The notes beneath the pieces were generated by a model, which was given only the letters and a program-made list of their open reading frames with translations, ran no database searches and was not told the origin of the DNA. Positions 12,804-24,609 of a DNA stretch of 64,000 bases are shown here, in pieces. How positions within the stretch are numbered: position 1 is the stretch's first letter; the number at the start of each line of letters is the position of its first letter. The stretch is taken from positions 3,596,001 to 3,660,000 of the forward strand of contig NC_081333.1 in assembly GCF_022539665.2 (NCBI RefSeq), read 5' to 3'. Source of the DNA: Daphnia carinata. Lineage: Eukaryota. Made by a program: the position numbers and the translations under genes.

Positions 12804-15800
12804 CTACCTTCTCCCTCCTCGACCTCTGCCCCGCCCTCTACCTCTTCCACCCCTTCCACTGTCTTCCCCTCCGCCTGAGCCTCCTCTCTTTCGCGCTTTA
12901 GCTTCTTTGATAATTTCAGCGCGACTCAATAATCGCGAGACGGCCTGCCGCGCTTCCTTCTGTTTCTTCATCTAATTAACAAACAGGGAAAAAGAAAAAA
13001 ATCATTAATTGCTTATTAATCGAATGGTAAAGAATGCCGTTTTATTACTTTTCTTTGTGCTTCGGCTTGGACTACAGCGCGGTGAGCGGCCAATCGCTCA
13101 ACGGCTTCCACGTGAAGACGGTCCGTCCTGTCCTGGTAGCGTGTTTTCAACATGGCCATCAATTTGGCCACCTTCTGCTCGCGAGGCTCCAACACAACAG
13201 CCGGCCGTTGAGCTCGGACGGCCTCGATAGTGCCAGGTTGGTGGTCGGCCTTCTTCAGTTTCGGCCGATTGATGTAAGGTAGAGCACTCTGAAGGGCTCG
13301 TGGAATTACCAGTGGCTGGAAGACGCGAGGCTTCCTCTCGATAGGCGTGTACATACTGTCAGCGTTGGCCTTTAAAACAAAAAAGATTACACTAAACCAA
13401 AAAAGGGGGTATTGTCTAATTTCAAAATACCTCGTTCCTGATGTTGCGTTCGCGTTTGATCTGACCTAATGTCTTCATACCCATCCAAGTGTTCTTGGCG
13501 TCGGGAGGTAACAGCAGCGATGTTACGGGGGTGTAAAATTCCGGAACATCCACTCGGAACCAAGTCCTTACAAAGACAATGTCTATAAGCAAAAATATTT
13601 GTATCGCCATGTTGGTTTGAAATTAAAAAAAAAAACTGGATATTACCGCTCAACTTAATTTTATCTTCAAAGGTGGCACGGAAGGATCCTTCCGGACTAC
13701 GGATGGCTTTCTTAATTTGACCACGAATGCCCGAAACGGTGCGGATGGATGCGCCTTCAAATTTCGCCACTTCCAGAGTCGAGGAAAACATGCCTTCGAT
13801 GAAGGCCGTCTTTCGGTAAATCTGGAACGGTGTACCGACTAGTTTGAGTTTCTTGACGATTTGAGTCGATTTGTCTAAATCGAGAATGGTGCCCGTCGCC
13901 GCTATCCGGAATCCAGACTAGTTTTAAAAGAAAACTCGTTAATCCTTGCTTAAATTACACATCAAATAAAATTCGTACCTGCACTTGTGAGACGGACTGG
14001 ACGGCCAGAAGACCAGTACCTTGCGGTGTCAAAGGGCCCCAGAAAGAAGCTGTACAATGAAGATGTTCCGGTGTATACTTTAACTGACGATGACGTCCAT
14101 TATGATCGTGGATCGAATAAAGCGGAATGGTTTGAAATCGGCGCCAGCCTAACGATAGGATCAACGGATCTTTCGTCTTTAAGATACGGCGCTGCCATCT
14201 ATGCTTCTTCAAACGAGCCTATTGATAAAAACGGAAGGAAGAATATAATATTACAGTTCAACACGAATTGATCAAAATGCATACCTGAACGAATCCAATA
14301 TTTTCTTCTCCAGGCAACAAAGCCCCAACAATCAACGGGTAAATGGGATTGAAATTGGTCAGCAATTCGCAAGGAACGTCTTCAACTTCCATGCGGACGT
14401 ACATCCCCGGTCGGAAACCTTCGTACTGGATACGGGTTTCATCGTCCAAACCGTCAAATTCGCTTTTATTAAGCTGGGCTTGTTGATCCAGCTCTTCCTT
14501 GAGCTCGTCGTAGTACGTTTTCTTTTTGGATCCACCTTCATCGTATTCCGAGTTGAACTGCTCCTTAAGTTTGCGTTTCTTTTCAATCAATCTTTTACGC
14601 TCTTCTTCTGGTGATAAATCTTCCTTCTCAGCACCGTCTTTCTTGCTAGCTTGAGAGATTTGTCCGGTTTCTAGGTCTTCAAAATCACCTTCAGAGTCCA
14701 TATCGTCGAGATCGTCCATGGCCAAAAGTTCTTCTGCATCTTCGTCGTCTTTCCACTTGCCCGTCACGAAGCAATCGCGAATGCTATCGAGCACATCCGA
14801 CTTGGACCAGTCCTGCAGTTTGTCAACACGAAAGAATGAGCTGTCTACGTTATCTTTGGCGCTTATAGTGTTTTGGGTGTGATGCCGCTTGTCCGACGCA
14901 ATTTTGAACAATCCACCTAGACGATCATCATCTCCATCATCGCCTTCCGACTCATCGCTATCTTTCTCTTCAGTGATATCTGGACCGTAAACTAACTTCC
15001 GTAAATTGCCTTTGCCAGTTTGTCTTTGATAAAACGCTTCGGAAGCTTTTTGTGCCAGATTGTCTTTCCATTTCAAGTCGATATCATCATGTTCCGACTC
15101 GTCGTCTTCGTTGTCCGTTTCCATCGGTTCTTCTTGTTTCTTGCTGACCTGATTTGGCTTCTTTAGGGCCTCAAGGGTCGATTTGATTTTCATGTGGACT
15201 TCCATATCTTTGTCGATCGGCTTCTTCTTGCCAGTTTTCGGTTTCTTTCGCGCGGGTTCTGCAGTTTCATCAACCGTTGCGTCGTTTAGATCGTAAATGA
15301 CTTCACCTCGGCGGAACTGGCCGTCAACTCCTTCCACTTTTTCTTCAATGATGGTTTGCATTTCATCGTCTCCATCACTTTCGTCTTCACTCTCATCCTC
15401 GTCAAGAAATTCGGCTAACTGTTTGCGTAGTTTCGCCGTAGCACTCAATTTCTCGGTAGATATTGCATTAGGATTAACAGGAGGTAGTTCGTCTTCCTCT
15501 TCAGATTCTTCATACACCAGTTTCTCCTCTCGATCCTAAAAACATTACAAATTTTAGCCAACTTTCTATTTCACAAGAAATTCAATGTCAATTTACTTTG
15601 GGATTGATGGAACGTAGTTTGATTTCTTCGAATTCTTCTTCACAATCTTCATCGTCCAGCCGTTCTTCTTCATCTTCTTCGTCATCATCGTCCCCTAGTT
15701 CCTCTTCGAGGTTATCATTAAAAACGGCCTTTCTTCTCGTCCGTCCAGACACTTCGTCATGAACGATTTCCTCACGCGGTTTACCGTTCGCTACTTCCCT

Positions 15801-17443
15801 GAAAATAATTAAATCCAAATCAGTATTTATGAGTTTAAATGCGATATAAGTTGACTTACTCTTGATCAGAATAGGATTCTTCGTCATCTTCATCATCTGC
15901 CTGGGCTAGAGTGGGTCCTTCCACCCTGGATTCAGACATCTGTGCATCTAAAGTCCTTTGCAATTTCATTAACGATGAAATCATCTCTGATTTAGGATTT
16001 GAAGGATCATCCTGTTTGGTGTGTGAGTGACTACCACCAAGCTCAATATAAATAGAATCCTTGTCGTAAATAATGCCTCCTACACCCGACATGGGGGCAT
16101 AGATGAGCTTCTCTTTCTCGATGAGAGATCGTTTTTTCATTTTGTCCGGCAGTGGGCATGGATCGGGTAGAAACGATACGTCTTTCAGACGGAAATCGCC
16201 ACAGCCTGGGATGTGAACAGGGCAATGGTTTCTCAAGTGGACCCCACGGACAAAGCCGTAAAGGCAAACGTTCCGGTTGCACTTGGGATTCTCGTGTAAC
16301 CGACTAGGTGGCGTCATGTCCTCTAAGCGATCTACCATAACGTAGGGATGAGTCGTCCTCCACAAAAGCGGACGAAACTTCATGACCGAAATGAACCGGC
16401 CAAGATTCTTGACCTCGTGTTTAGGATACGTTCCATGGAGTTGGCCGGAAAGGTAAAACAATTTCGCTCCTTGATAAACTTCAGTCCAAAATCGATGTTT
16501 CAACACCTTCTTTGTCTTTTTGAGTTGTTTATTATTTTTGAACATGTCCAGATGAGTCAGAACGCCCATGACTCGGGGAAATCCATGCACCTGTGATTGT
16601 TTCCAGACCATTAATTTTTTACAGTCGTGGGAAGTCTTCTGTAGAAATTACCTGGCAGATGTTGAGAAACTCAAAAATTTCCATTTCGAAGCCAAAGGAG
16701 GCATCGGTCAAAAGTAAGACAAGGTCAGCAACTTTGGCAATGTCGATCATCGAATTGATATCATTATTACATTCCATAAAAGTCACTCTCCGTTTTTTAC
16801 CTATAAATTTCGTGCAAAATAATTTGTTTAACCTTAAAAGGTAAGTCATTTATTCATAGGTAATACCCGTAACGAGCGTGATGGGTCCCTGGATAGACGT
16901 CACATTTTGTCGCGTAAAATTCTTGATTAAAGCCTGCAGCAAAGTGGTTTTCCCAACTTTGGGCGGACCAACGATGGCCACGATGATTGGCGGCGGTTCT
17001 AGAGGAGTTCTGTCTACTAACGGAATATGTTGTTTTTTCGTTTCCAAATCTTGTGCCCTGTCCCAAACAAAAAGAAAATTGTTATTGACAAGGTAAGCAG
17101 CGCCGTAGATGAAAGGACAACCCTCCAGCCAAGCGAGACTACATCACCCTACAAACTTGTAATTGAAGTCGGTCCAAGGTTTTGATCAATCAACCGACTT
17201 ACCTGTGGAATCGTTTTTGAGCCTTTGCGACCGACTGGATGGCAAATGCTTTGGGGTTGCGTTGTCGGGCATCTAATTCTTGCACGTGAGGGTCTTTGGA
17301 TTTTTTCTTGTCCGCCTTGCGCCCTGTAAAAATTCATGACGGCCGTCATTATTTAAATGTTCTGCCGAAAAAAAAAGACAAATACATTTACCAGCACGGC
17401 GTTCCCGATGGGCCTTCTTCTTGTCCTCGACGGCGTCCTCCAT
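12804..17443 (-). CDS. BMS1: Ribosome biogenesis GTPase BMS1, multi-exon
   Basis: [20 protein letters not shown]-loop, [75 protein letters not shown] and an RG-rich C-terminus. Confidence 0.96.
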
Positions 17444-18325
17444 TCTGTTTATTTTTAATCAGTGCTTCAAAAAGGCCTGCAAAAATAGAGAACAAACAAA
17501 TGGTCTATTAAGATAAAACAGTTACGGTAATCACGTCAATCTATGCGCAACATCGTGACTTCCATAACCTCGAGCAATTTAAAAGGACAACAAAGAACAG
17601 CTTCCGACGCCCTCCCCTGTTGTTCACTTTCTGTTTCAGTGGCCAATTGTTCGGCATGATCAAATCGTTTGTTATTCCATAAGAAAAGAAAATGTATTTT
17701 CTTTATTAGCGCTAATTTGGCTGTCTTTTTTTTTCTCTCACGGTCAGTTGGTATGTTTTACACTCGAGGTCTACTAAATATCATAAAAATCTTTAAAGCA
17801 TGACGGCCCGAATACACATTCGCGGTTTGGGTTTTCCCTCCCGATGTTTCATCTAATTCACGATATTTCGATTTTTACTAGCGTGGCGAAGAAATAGGAA
17901 GCAACAGAGACGGCCGTGAAAGGGGAATTGCACACGTATGAAATTATTTTAATGCGATATTTTCATAAAATTCCAATTGGAAAGAGCTAAATAAAGAACG
18001 AAAGATATCTTATTTCTAGCGTAAAAAAGGGCGATAATAAAAGGTGAAAGTAACGGCGCGGAGCCATAATCAAAGACGCACGTGTTCGCCAATCTACCTT
18101 GACGGAGGTGAAGAGAGAGAGGCGGATGGCGGCGCTCGACGTCGTTTGGACTCGGCCAAAAAACTGAGCCTGTCTCGTCAGTCTTCTTACAGAAATCAGA
18201 CGGTGAGGCAACGTTTTTCATCGTTCCATCTTTTGTCATTTTTTACTTGTTCTTCCTTGTTTCAACATCTAATCAATTGTTTGCAATTGCTAGATAAAAC
18301 AACGCAGCGCAATAATTCGATCGAA

Positions 18326-19639
18326 ATGTCCTACTCATCCCACAATCTTTGGTTAGTTGTCCCGTTGTTGTATCTGGCTACGCAGTTGGTCGACGGAAAT
18401 CCCGGATCTTACGCTTATGCAAAACCTCATTATGTTTCTCACGGCGGATCACAACCGTACCTACCGGCACCAACCGGAAAGAGGCCATCGTGCGCTGGAC
18501 CTTCGGACACGTTTTGCACTGAAGTAGAATATTACCCAACGTAAGTTTCTAAAGTTTACGTGTTTGTTGTTGATCACACTTTGCTCGTGGCGACAAACGG
18601 CTTACGTCGTACGATAGTTTAAACGCTAACCTCGACGTAGTCGGCCATGGACTTTTAAATTTTAAAAAACAAACAATGATGTACATACTCTCGAAAGAAA
18701 TGGAAGAAAAGCACGCTCTCGGCCGTGACAATCCGCTGAGTGTACACACTCAAATATCTTCAGTGTGTGATAGAAAAGAATGAAACCAAGGCCGACGCCA
18801 CGCCTACTGTAGGGCCTTGTCGTTCGTTCATGTGTAAATTTCCTCTTTAGAAATTCAATTTAAGTTTTTTAAATTGTCAAAATAAAGACATTTAAAAAGC
18901 CTAATTTAAATCCAGGGAAGTTATTGAATATCTAGTGAAACGTTACAGCTTCGATTTCAAAACACTTTTGCAAGATGAATCGATGGACTCCATGACCTTA
19001 ATGACAACGTAAGTCTATTGCTATTTTCGGTTTGATGTTAATCATAACTTTCGTGTCTTCCTAAATATCGTCTAGCAACATAACCGCTCCGGAAATACAC
19101 ACTACCCATTACCCAACTTTTGTTCCAAAACAACCCTACGCTGGCCCTTACATCAATAGTAAAATTGAACACGAACATTGGTGGCCAAGGTACGTTCGAG
19201 TGGCACCGAGGCGCCAACAATCAATGTCGGGCAATACTCGAGTAACTCGTCAGGTTTCAAATGAAGAAAAGTTGTGCCCAACAACGTCTTCTTTCATTGC
19301 GCCACGGACGGCTGTCAACACACGAGGGACTTGGATGTATGTCGTCAATTTGGAAGGGGCCGATCAGCAAAATACGCAACTTGTACGGACCGAAAGATGC
19401 GCGTAAGTTTTAAAATAATTATGTTGTTCAAACGGGATAACTAACCATATTTTGTGTTTGGTTACAGGACAACAGAATGTTCAGGGCTTTGCCAAGTACC
19501 GGCTGGGTTCAGCTCCAAATGTACTCAGCAATTTGTACAGAAGAGACTCATAGCACTGAATGGAAATGGAGAGAGCCTCTACACAGATACCTTCTGGTTC
19601 CCTCATTGTTGCATTTGTCAGATTACATCCAATGTTTGA
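18326..19639 (+). CDS. Spaetzle-family secreted cystine-knot ligand (spz5/neurotrophin-like), 4 exons
   Basis: Hydrophobic signal peptide, prodomain CAGPSDTFCTEVEYYP and C-terminal knot LCPTTSSFIAPRTAVN...WMYVVN...QLVRTERC...CSGLC...CTQQFVQKRLIAL...DTFWFPHCCICQ. Exons about 18326-18540, 18916-19008, 19076-19402 and 19468-19639. Confidence 0.88.
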
Positions 19640-21562
19640 TGTGAATGCTCGTTCACAACACACCATTGGCCTTATTTATTCTATACCAACAGATCCAACA
19701 CTTCACTTCTGAATAGTTAAAAATCACAACCTATACACGAGCTATTCTCAAACAGCAACATGTCACGAGCTAGAATCAATACATTCCATATTGACACTTT
19801 GACAACAATGTTCTCATATGAGCCTGTGTGACAGGTTTCGTTAAACAAAGATAAAACTGAATTTACTTATAAATTTCATACAACTATGGAATGTAACGCT
19901 TAGTCCTTGGAAGTTGCTCAGTGTTTCAAATGAGTTTCAAGATACACTACTTATATATAGTAGAAAAAGCAAAATTTCATTACCCTTTAAGGAGAAGTTT
20001 TCCTATAAGGGACGACCAGGGTTGACCCTGCACAAGAAATAACTAATTGAATTCTCTCGAGTAAGAATCCAATTTTAACAAATAATGCAACTTTTGTCGA
20101 TTACTTTGAAAGGCACACGTGGAAGAACACGAGAAGAAGCAGAAGAAACTCGTGAAAGGCAATTTTGGCAATGACATCTAGCGGACATTTTAGAATCTCC
20201 TCGTAACCTACAGTACAGAAACAAAAATAGAAAAATGATAATGAAAAAAATCGTAACTAAACAAATTTTCAATCACATTCCATATTAAATGGCAGTGACA
20301 ACGAATCCGGCTAATTCTTACACTATTCCCGATGAGAAAAGAGGCAATTTGCTAAAAAAGCTAAAATTAAGTTTTTTCAAGTAGGGCCGATAGATGGTAT
20401 TGTTTGTTGTATTATTCAACATAATATAAAAACATTCAGAAAATCATTAAGAATTTATCATCTTTTACAATAAAAATAGTAACAAGATTATAAAATAAAA
20501 CTTTTTTTATTTTTTCAAATTTTTAATTCATGAACAATTTTACTGATACAAAATCGATTAGGCAACGCTTACATCAATCAGATTTTTGCGCGCCCAACCT
20601 GTAAGTTTGGATTAGTTGTACAAGAGTAAGGATGGGGACGAAACGCCCTCCGTGTGAATAAAACATCACGACTGAAAGAAAAACTATTCAATACATCACA
20701 TCGCATAAAAAAATAGCAAAGAATTGATTCATTTAGGCACAAAACTGAGAGATTGAGAAAATAATAATCGAATTTAGTGCCGAAAAACCATGTTGAAAAC
20801 GAAAACAAACACGTGTTGATCTCCATTTGCAATTCGAGTGCTTGTGCAAAACTGAGGTGACGTTAGTTTTCCAATCGTTTCGGATTTTCTGTGTTCGGAG
20901 TTTAATGTCAATTAGCTATGCTAATACCAAATACTAGAAAAGCAAAATGGTTTGAATATGTAAAGACATGGAACAATTATTTACGGCATGGTGGTTTGAC
21001 TGTGGATTTCATATTCAAGTCAGACGTTACGTACCAGCTAAGAAGATGCAGCAGTCATTATCGACTAGAACGTACTTTGATGAAGAGAAATGAATTTGAC
21101 AATTATTCAGAAATTGTTACCTTCAGAGATATCATGGTGTGACACTGCTAGCCATTGAAACGCAGCCGATTCAGGTAAACACCATTTGCTTTAAGAATAA
21201 ATTTTGGCATTCCAATTTTGGATTGGAACCATTTTATTAGGTTAAACATCTGCTTGTGGGTTTAGATTTCAAAAACGTTTAGAAGTAATTTTATGGAATA
21301 CTGAACTGCATCAAGCAAAGCACAGTGGGTGTTGCCATTGACCAGTAGTGGAACTCTTTACAGCATTAATTTGCTGTTTTAATTTAAAAATCGATATTTT
21401 TATTAAATGAACTTTATCAAGTCGGGGATGTAGAACATGATTATATGCAACTTTCGTTTGATTAGACATTATTCGTTTGTTTGCTTATCGAAAGCAAGTT
21501 GCCATCAATGTTTTGGGAGTCTTTTGAACGGTATAAAAGACTTGTGTGCACATCTATCCATT

Positions 21563-21822
21563 GGTTTGGGACAGTGGCGTGAGTATCATGGGTGATAATC
21601 ACGCTGGGCTACTATCGAGTGATCGAGGCGACACCTCGAGAACAAGGCGAAAGTAAAGTCGATGACTTTAAGAATCCCCGGAGCCCACCCAGCTGCTACC
21701 GGGATCACTCCTAGGGCTTTTCAAGCCGGCTTAAAAGGCATGTCCGATTAAGCAACACTCATATGATAGTATTAACGAACTGGATAGCAACCGCTGCCAC
21801 TCCAGCCCGTCCCAAACCTTTT
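21563..21822 (+). ncRNA. Candidate structured non-coding RNA gene (type-3 Pol III-like), family unassigned
   Basis: TATAAAA 31 nt upstream, 10-bp 5'/3' terminal stem GGTTTGGGAC/GTCCCAAACC, at least seven further nested helices, TTTT and TTTTT immediately 3', and no ORF. Confidence 0.55.
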
Positions 21823-22769
21823 GCTTTTTCATAGAACTATTATTGCATAATACTTCTTGTACCTCCATTTGCCATATGTTTTTTTAGAATGCAAGGCTAT
21901 GGATGAATCAATGTCATTTGCGCGCGTTCAAATGATAAACTTATAAAGTTAAGAGTTCCACACTGTCATTGACAGTTGGGGACAGCACTTGAACACTTTG
22001 CGAGAATTGGATCATTCACGACGTAATGACCGTGATTGCAATGATTTGGTTGTTTGAAAATGGCTGCGAATGTTACGGCACCTAACGGCCGGACAACAAA
22101 GCTCTTTCAGTGTTGCATAAGTCACGGCGTGCACCAAATTCGTGGATGATTTAACGTTCTGATTGGCAAATAGGTCGTTCGTCCATACAGTTTCGGTCGT
22201 GCAATTCGTTGCGTTTCACCATGATAAGACATTTCCCAGGGATGACAACAGTTTCCAAAATGAAATCGTTTTGCTTCGGCAAAAGCAAGTGAAGCCACAA
22301 CCAATTATTTATTCTTTTTTTGGCGCGTTCTACTCGTGAAGGCCCGAACGGAGGGAGAAAGAGGCGGAGCCAAGGGTGGTTAAAAAAAACTCCCTTTGGC
22401 TATCTGTATATACGTCTGTACATGTAATAAGGGTAGAGGAGAGACTGGTGGGGGTTTGCATTGTGAAAGGTTGGGGGGTGGAGGGGGTTTTCACCCCACC
22501 CCCCTTTGCCGTCCATCTGGCGGGCCCCAGCGAAGGTACCCTCTTCCCCCCCAGTTTTTCGTTTTCAGGTCAGTCGTCCTGCCGTTTTCAACCCCTCACC
22601 ACACACACATTCACCCCGACATATATTTTTTTCCCCATTGCAACTCATTTCGGGCCCGATGAACAACGTGCCAATAAGTTGGCGGACTTTCGTTCTTTTT
22701 TTTTTTTAGTTGGCCCCCCTCAACTGACACCACGTTTTTGCTGCAGTGCCGCACAGTGTTCGTTCTGTA

Positions 22770-22856
22770 GTTTCAGTGTTTCGTCTGCCAGTGCACGTCC
22801 CGCCAAATTGTTTGTGAGAACGACGCGATCATGATTTTCGTCCGAGAAACGGTGAG
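22770..22856 (+). promoter_or_regulatory. Possible TSS and non-coding first exon of TET
   Basis: Inr-like TTCAGTG at about 22772 followed by a strong donor ACG|GTGAGT at about 22851, upstream of the TET coding exons. Confidence 0.3.
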
Positions 22857-24609
22857 TTGAACGTTTTTTTTTTCAAAAGAGCTGTTTGCTCCACTTCTTT
22901 TGTGACATGACAATTGCCTTGACAACACTGTCGTCTGAATATTTTTTTGTTAAAAACGTTTCTGAAAAACTGGAAAACCGTTAACACAGACACACACAGT
23001 GAGAGTGAACACAATAGAAGAGGCCGCGGCGGGGGCTTATTGTCTGCTCCACGTGGCGTCCTTGAACACTAGAAAAAGACTTTTTCTTTCTTCTCGCTGT
23101 GGCGTTTTGAAATTCGAAAAAGGGAGAATCAAATTTAGAAATTTCAGTAATGAACTTGAATGTCATTCGAACGAAATCTATGTACTTGTTAGTCACAGTC
23201 GAGACCCGCGTTACCCAAGTATTGATTTTTCACATCAGCGTGTGTTGCCCTCTGATTTGGGTGAGGAGGGGGCAGCAGTTAAGGGAGGGAGGGGGGTTTA
23301 GGGCCACCACCCCCAGAACCAAACTAACCACCACCCACTTTTATCGTTTTCAGCCCAGGAATGACGCATCCCCCCCCTCACCCAACATGGCGGTTGCTGT
23401 GTGTGCCCCTAACCCCCTTTTTTTCCTATCCCTACACACACATACACACACACCAAACTCGTATATACACACGTCTTTCTTTTGCTTTACCCCCTCTACA
23501 TGTTATACATACCCTCAGGCTGGTTTCTCATTTCCGCCAAAGAAAAAAGAAAATGGCTGCTCGTCTCACACGCACTGCAGCTGTTTTTTCATGTCACAGC
23601 CATTTCTAATTTTTTCGAAACAAAAAATAACCCGTACTTGAAACGAATGATTAAGGACGTTGATGTTTTTCAGTAGTAATCAAATTCGCAGTAAAGATTA
23701 GTTTTCGAGCATGGTGACGTCAACACGCCCCGAGATTACAGGGACGGGGGGGGGACGAATGTATCGATCGACGCCATTGGATTGGCAAATCGGCGACGAC
23801 GCCGTACCAACTAAAACTACGCACATCTCAACAGCTTTGCGAGAGTCATGAACTGGGCGTCGTCCAGCGTCTACCCTTGTCGTAACATTTCTTTTTTTAT
23901 CTTTTATTCAACATTGTTTTCTCTTTGTTCTCAACTGAAAGAAATCTAATCAGAAAAAAGTCCCGAGTGAAAGTTGTTCGAAAAGAGATTGTAATCGTAG
24001 GTCACGGCCACGTGTTGTATCTGTGGATAGAAAAAAAAAAGAATATTTTCTTTTAAAAAAAAGGGAAAAGAAACGCACGGGAGAAAGGATTTGTCTGTAC
24101 ACCCTTTTGGAGAGAGGGGGAGGGCAAGGTCAGTGGATCAACTCCCGCGTGCCGTTACTACTACTATACTCTCTCTCTTTTCCCCCCTTTTTTCTCGAGT
24201 CCCGTTCCTTTTTTTTCCGGCCGAGTTATTTGAGAGAGTTGTATAAGAACCCCACGTGACGTCATTGAGGGGAAGCCTCTCAGCGTGAACACACGGCCGC
24301 GGGATTTCCCGTTTTTTTTCCCGGGATGAATGAGTGTGTAACTCGTGATTCATCTTTTCTTTTTTTTTATTCTTCTTCCTTATTTTTTTTTTCTTTTCTT
24401 TTAAAAGATAATATAATTTCTTTTTGTGCTGGTTATTCGTAGGTTGGATGAAGCCGATTGGAGGCTGATTGGACTCTTCCGGTCACCGGAAGCCGCCTCC
24501 TTTTTACTGAAAAAACGACCCTCTTAATTTTTTTTTCATCTTCCTGACTGAAACAAAAGAAGATTTGGACAAATTAGAGAAATAATATTAAAAGAATCTG
24601 AATAAAAAA

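Noticed and set aside
21563..21822. RNase MRP, RNase P or telomerase RNA assignment
   Set aside because: GGCGAAAGT and ATCCCCGG only loosely recall MRP CR-I and the 3' GGGGCT partner is not near the end. The RNase P consensus is absent and there is no CCTAA template for TTAGG repeats. Left unassigned.
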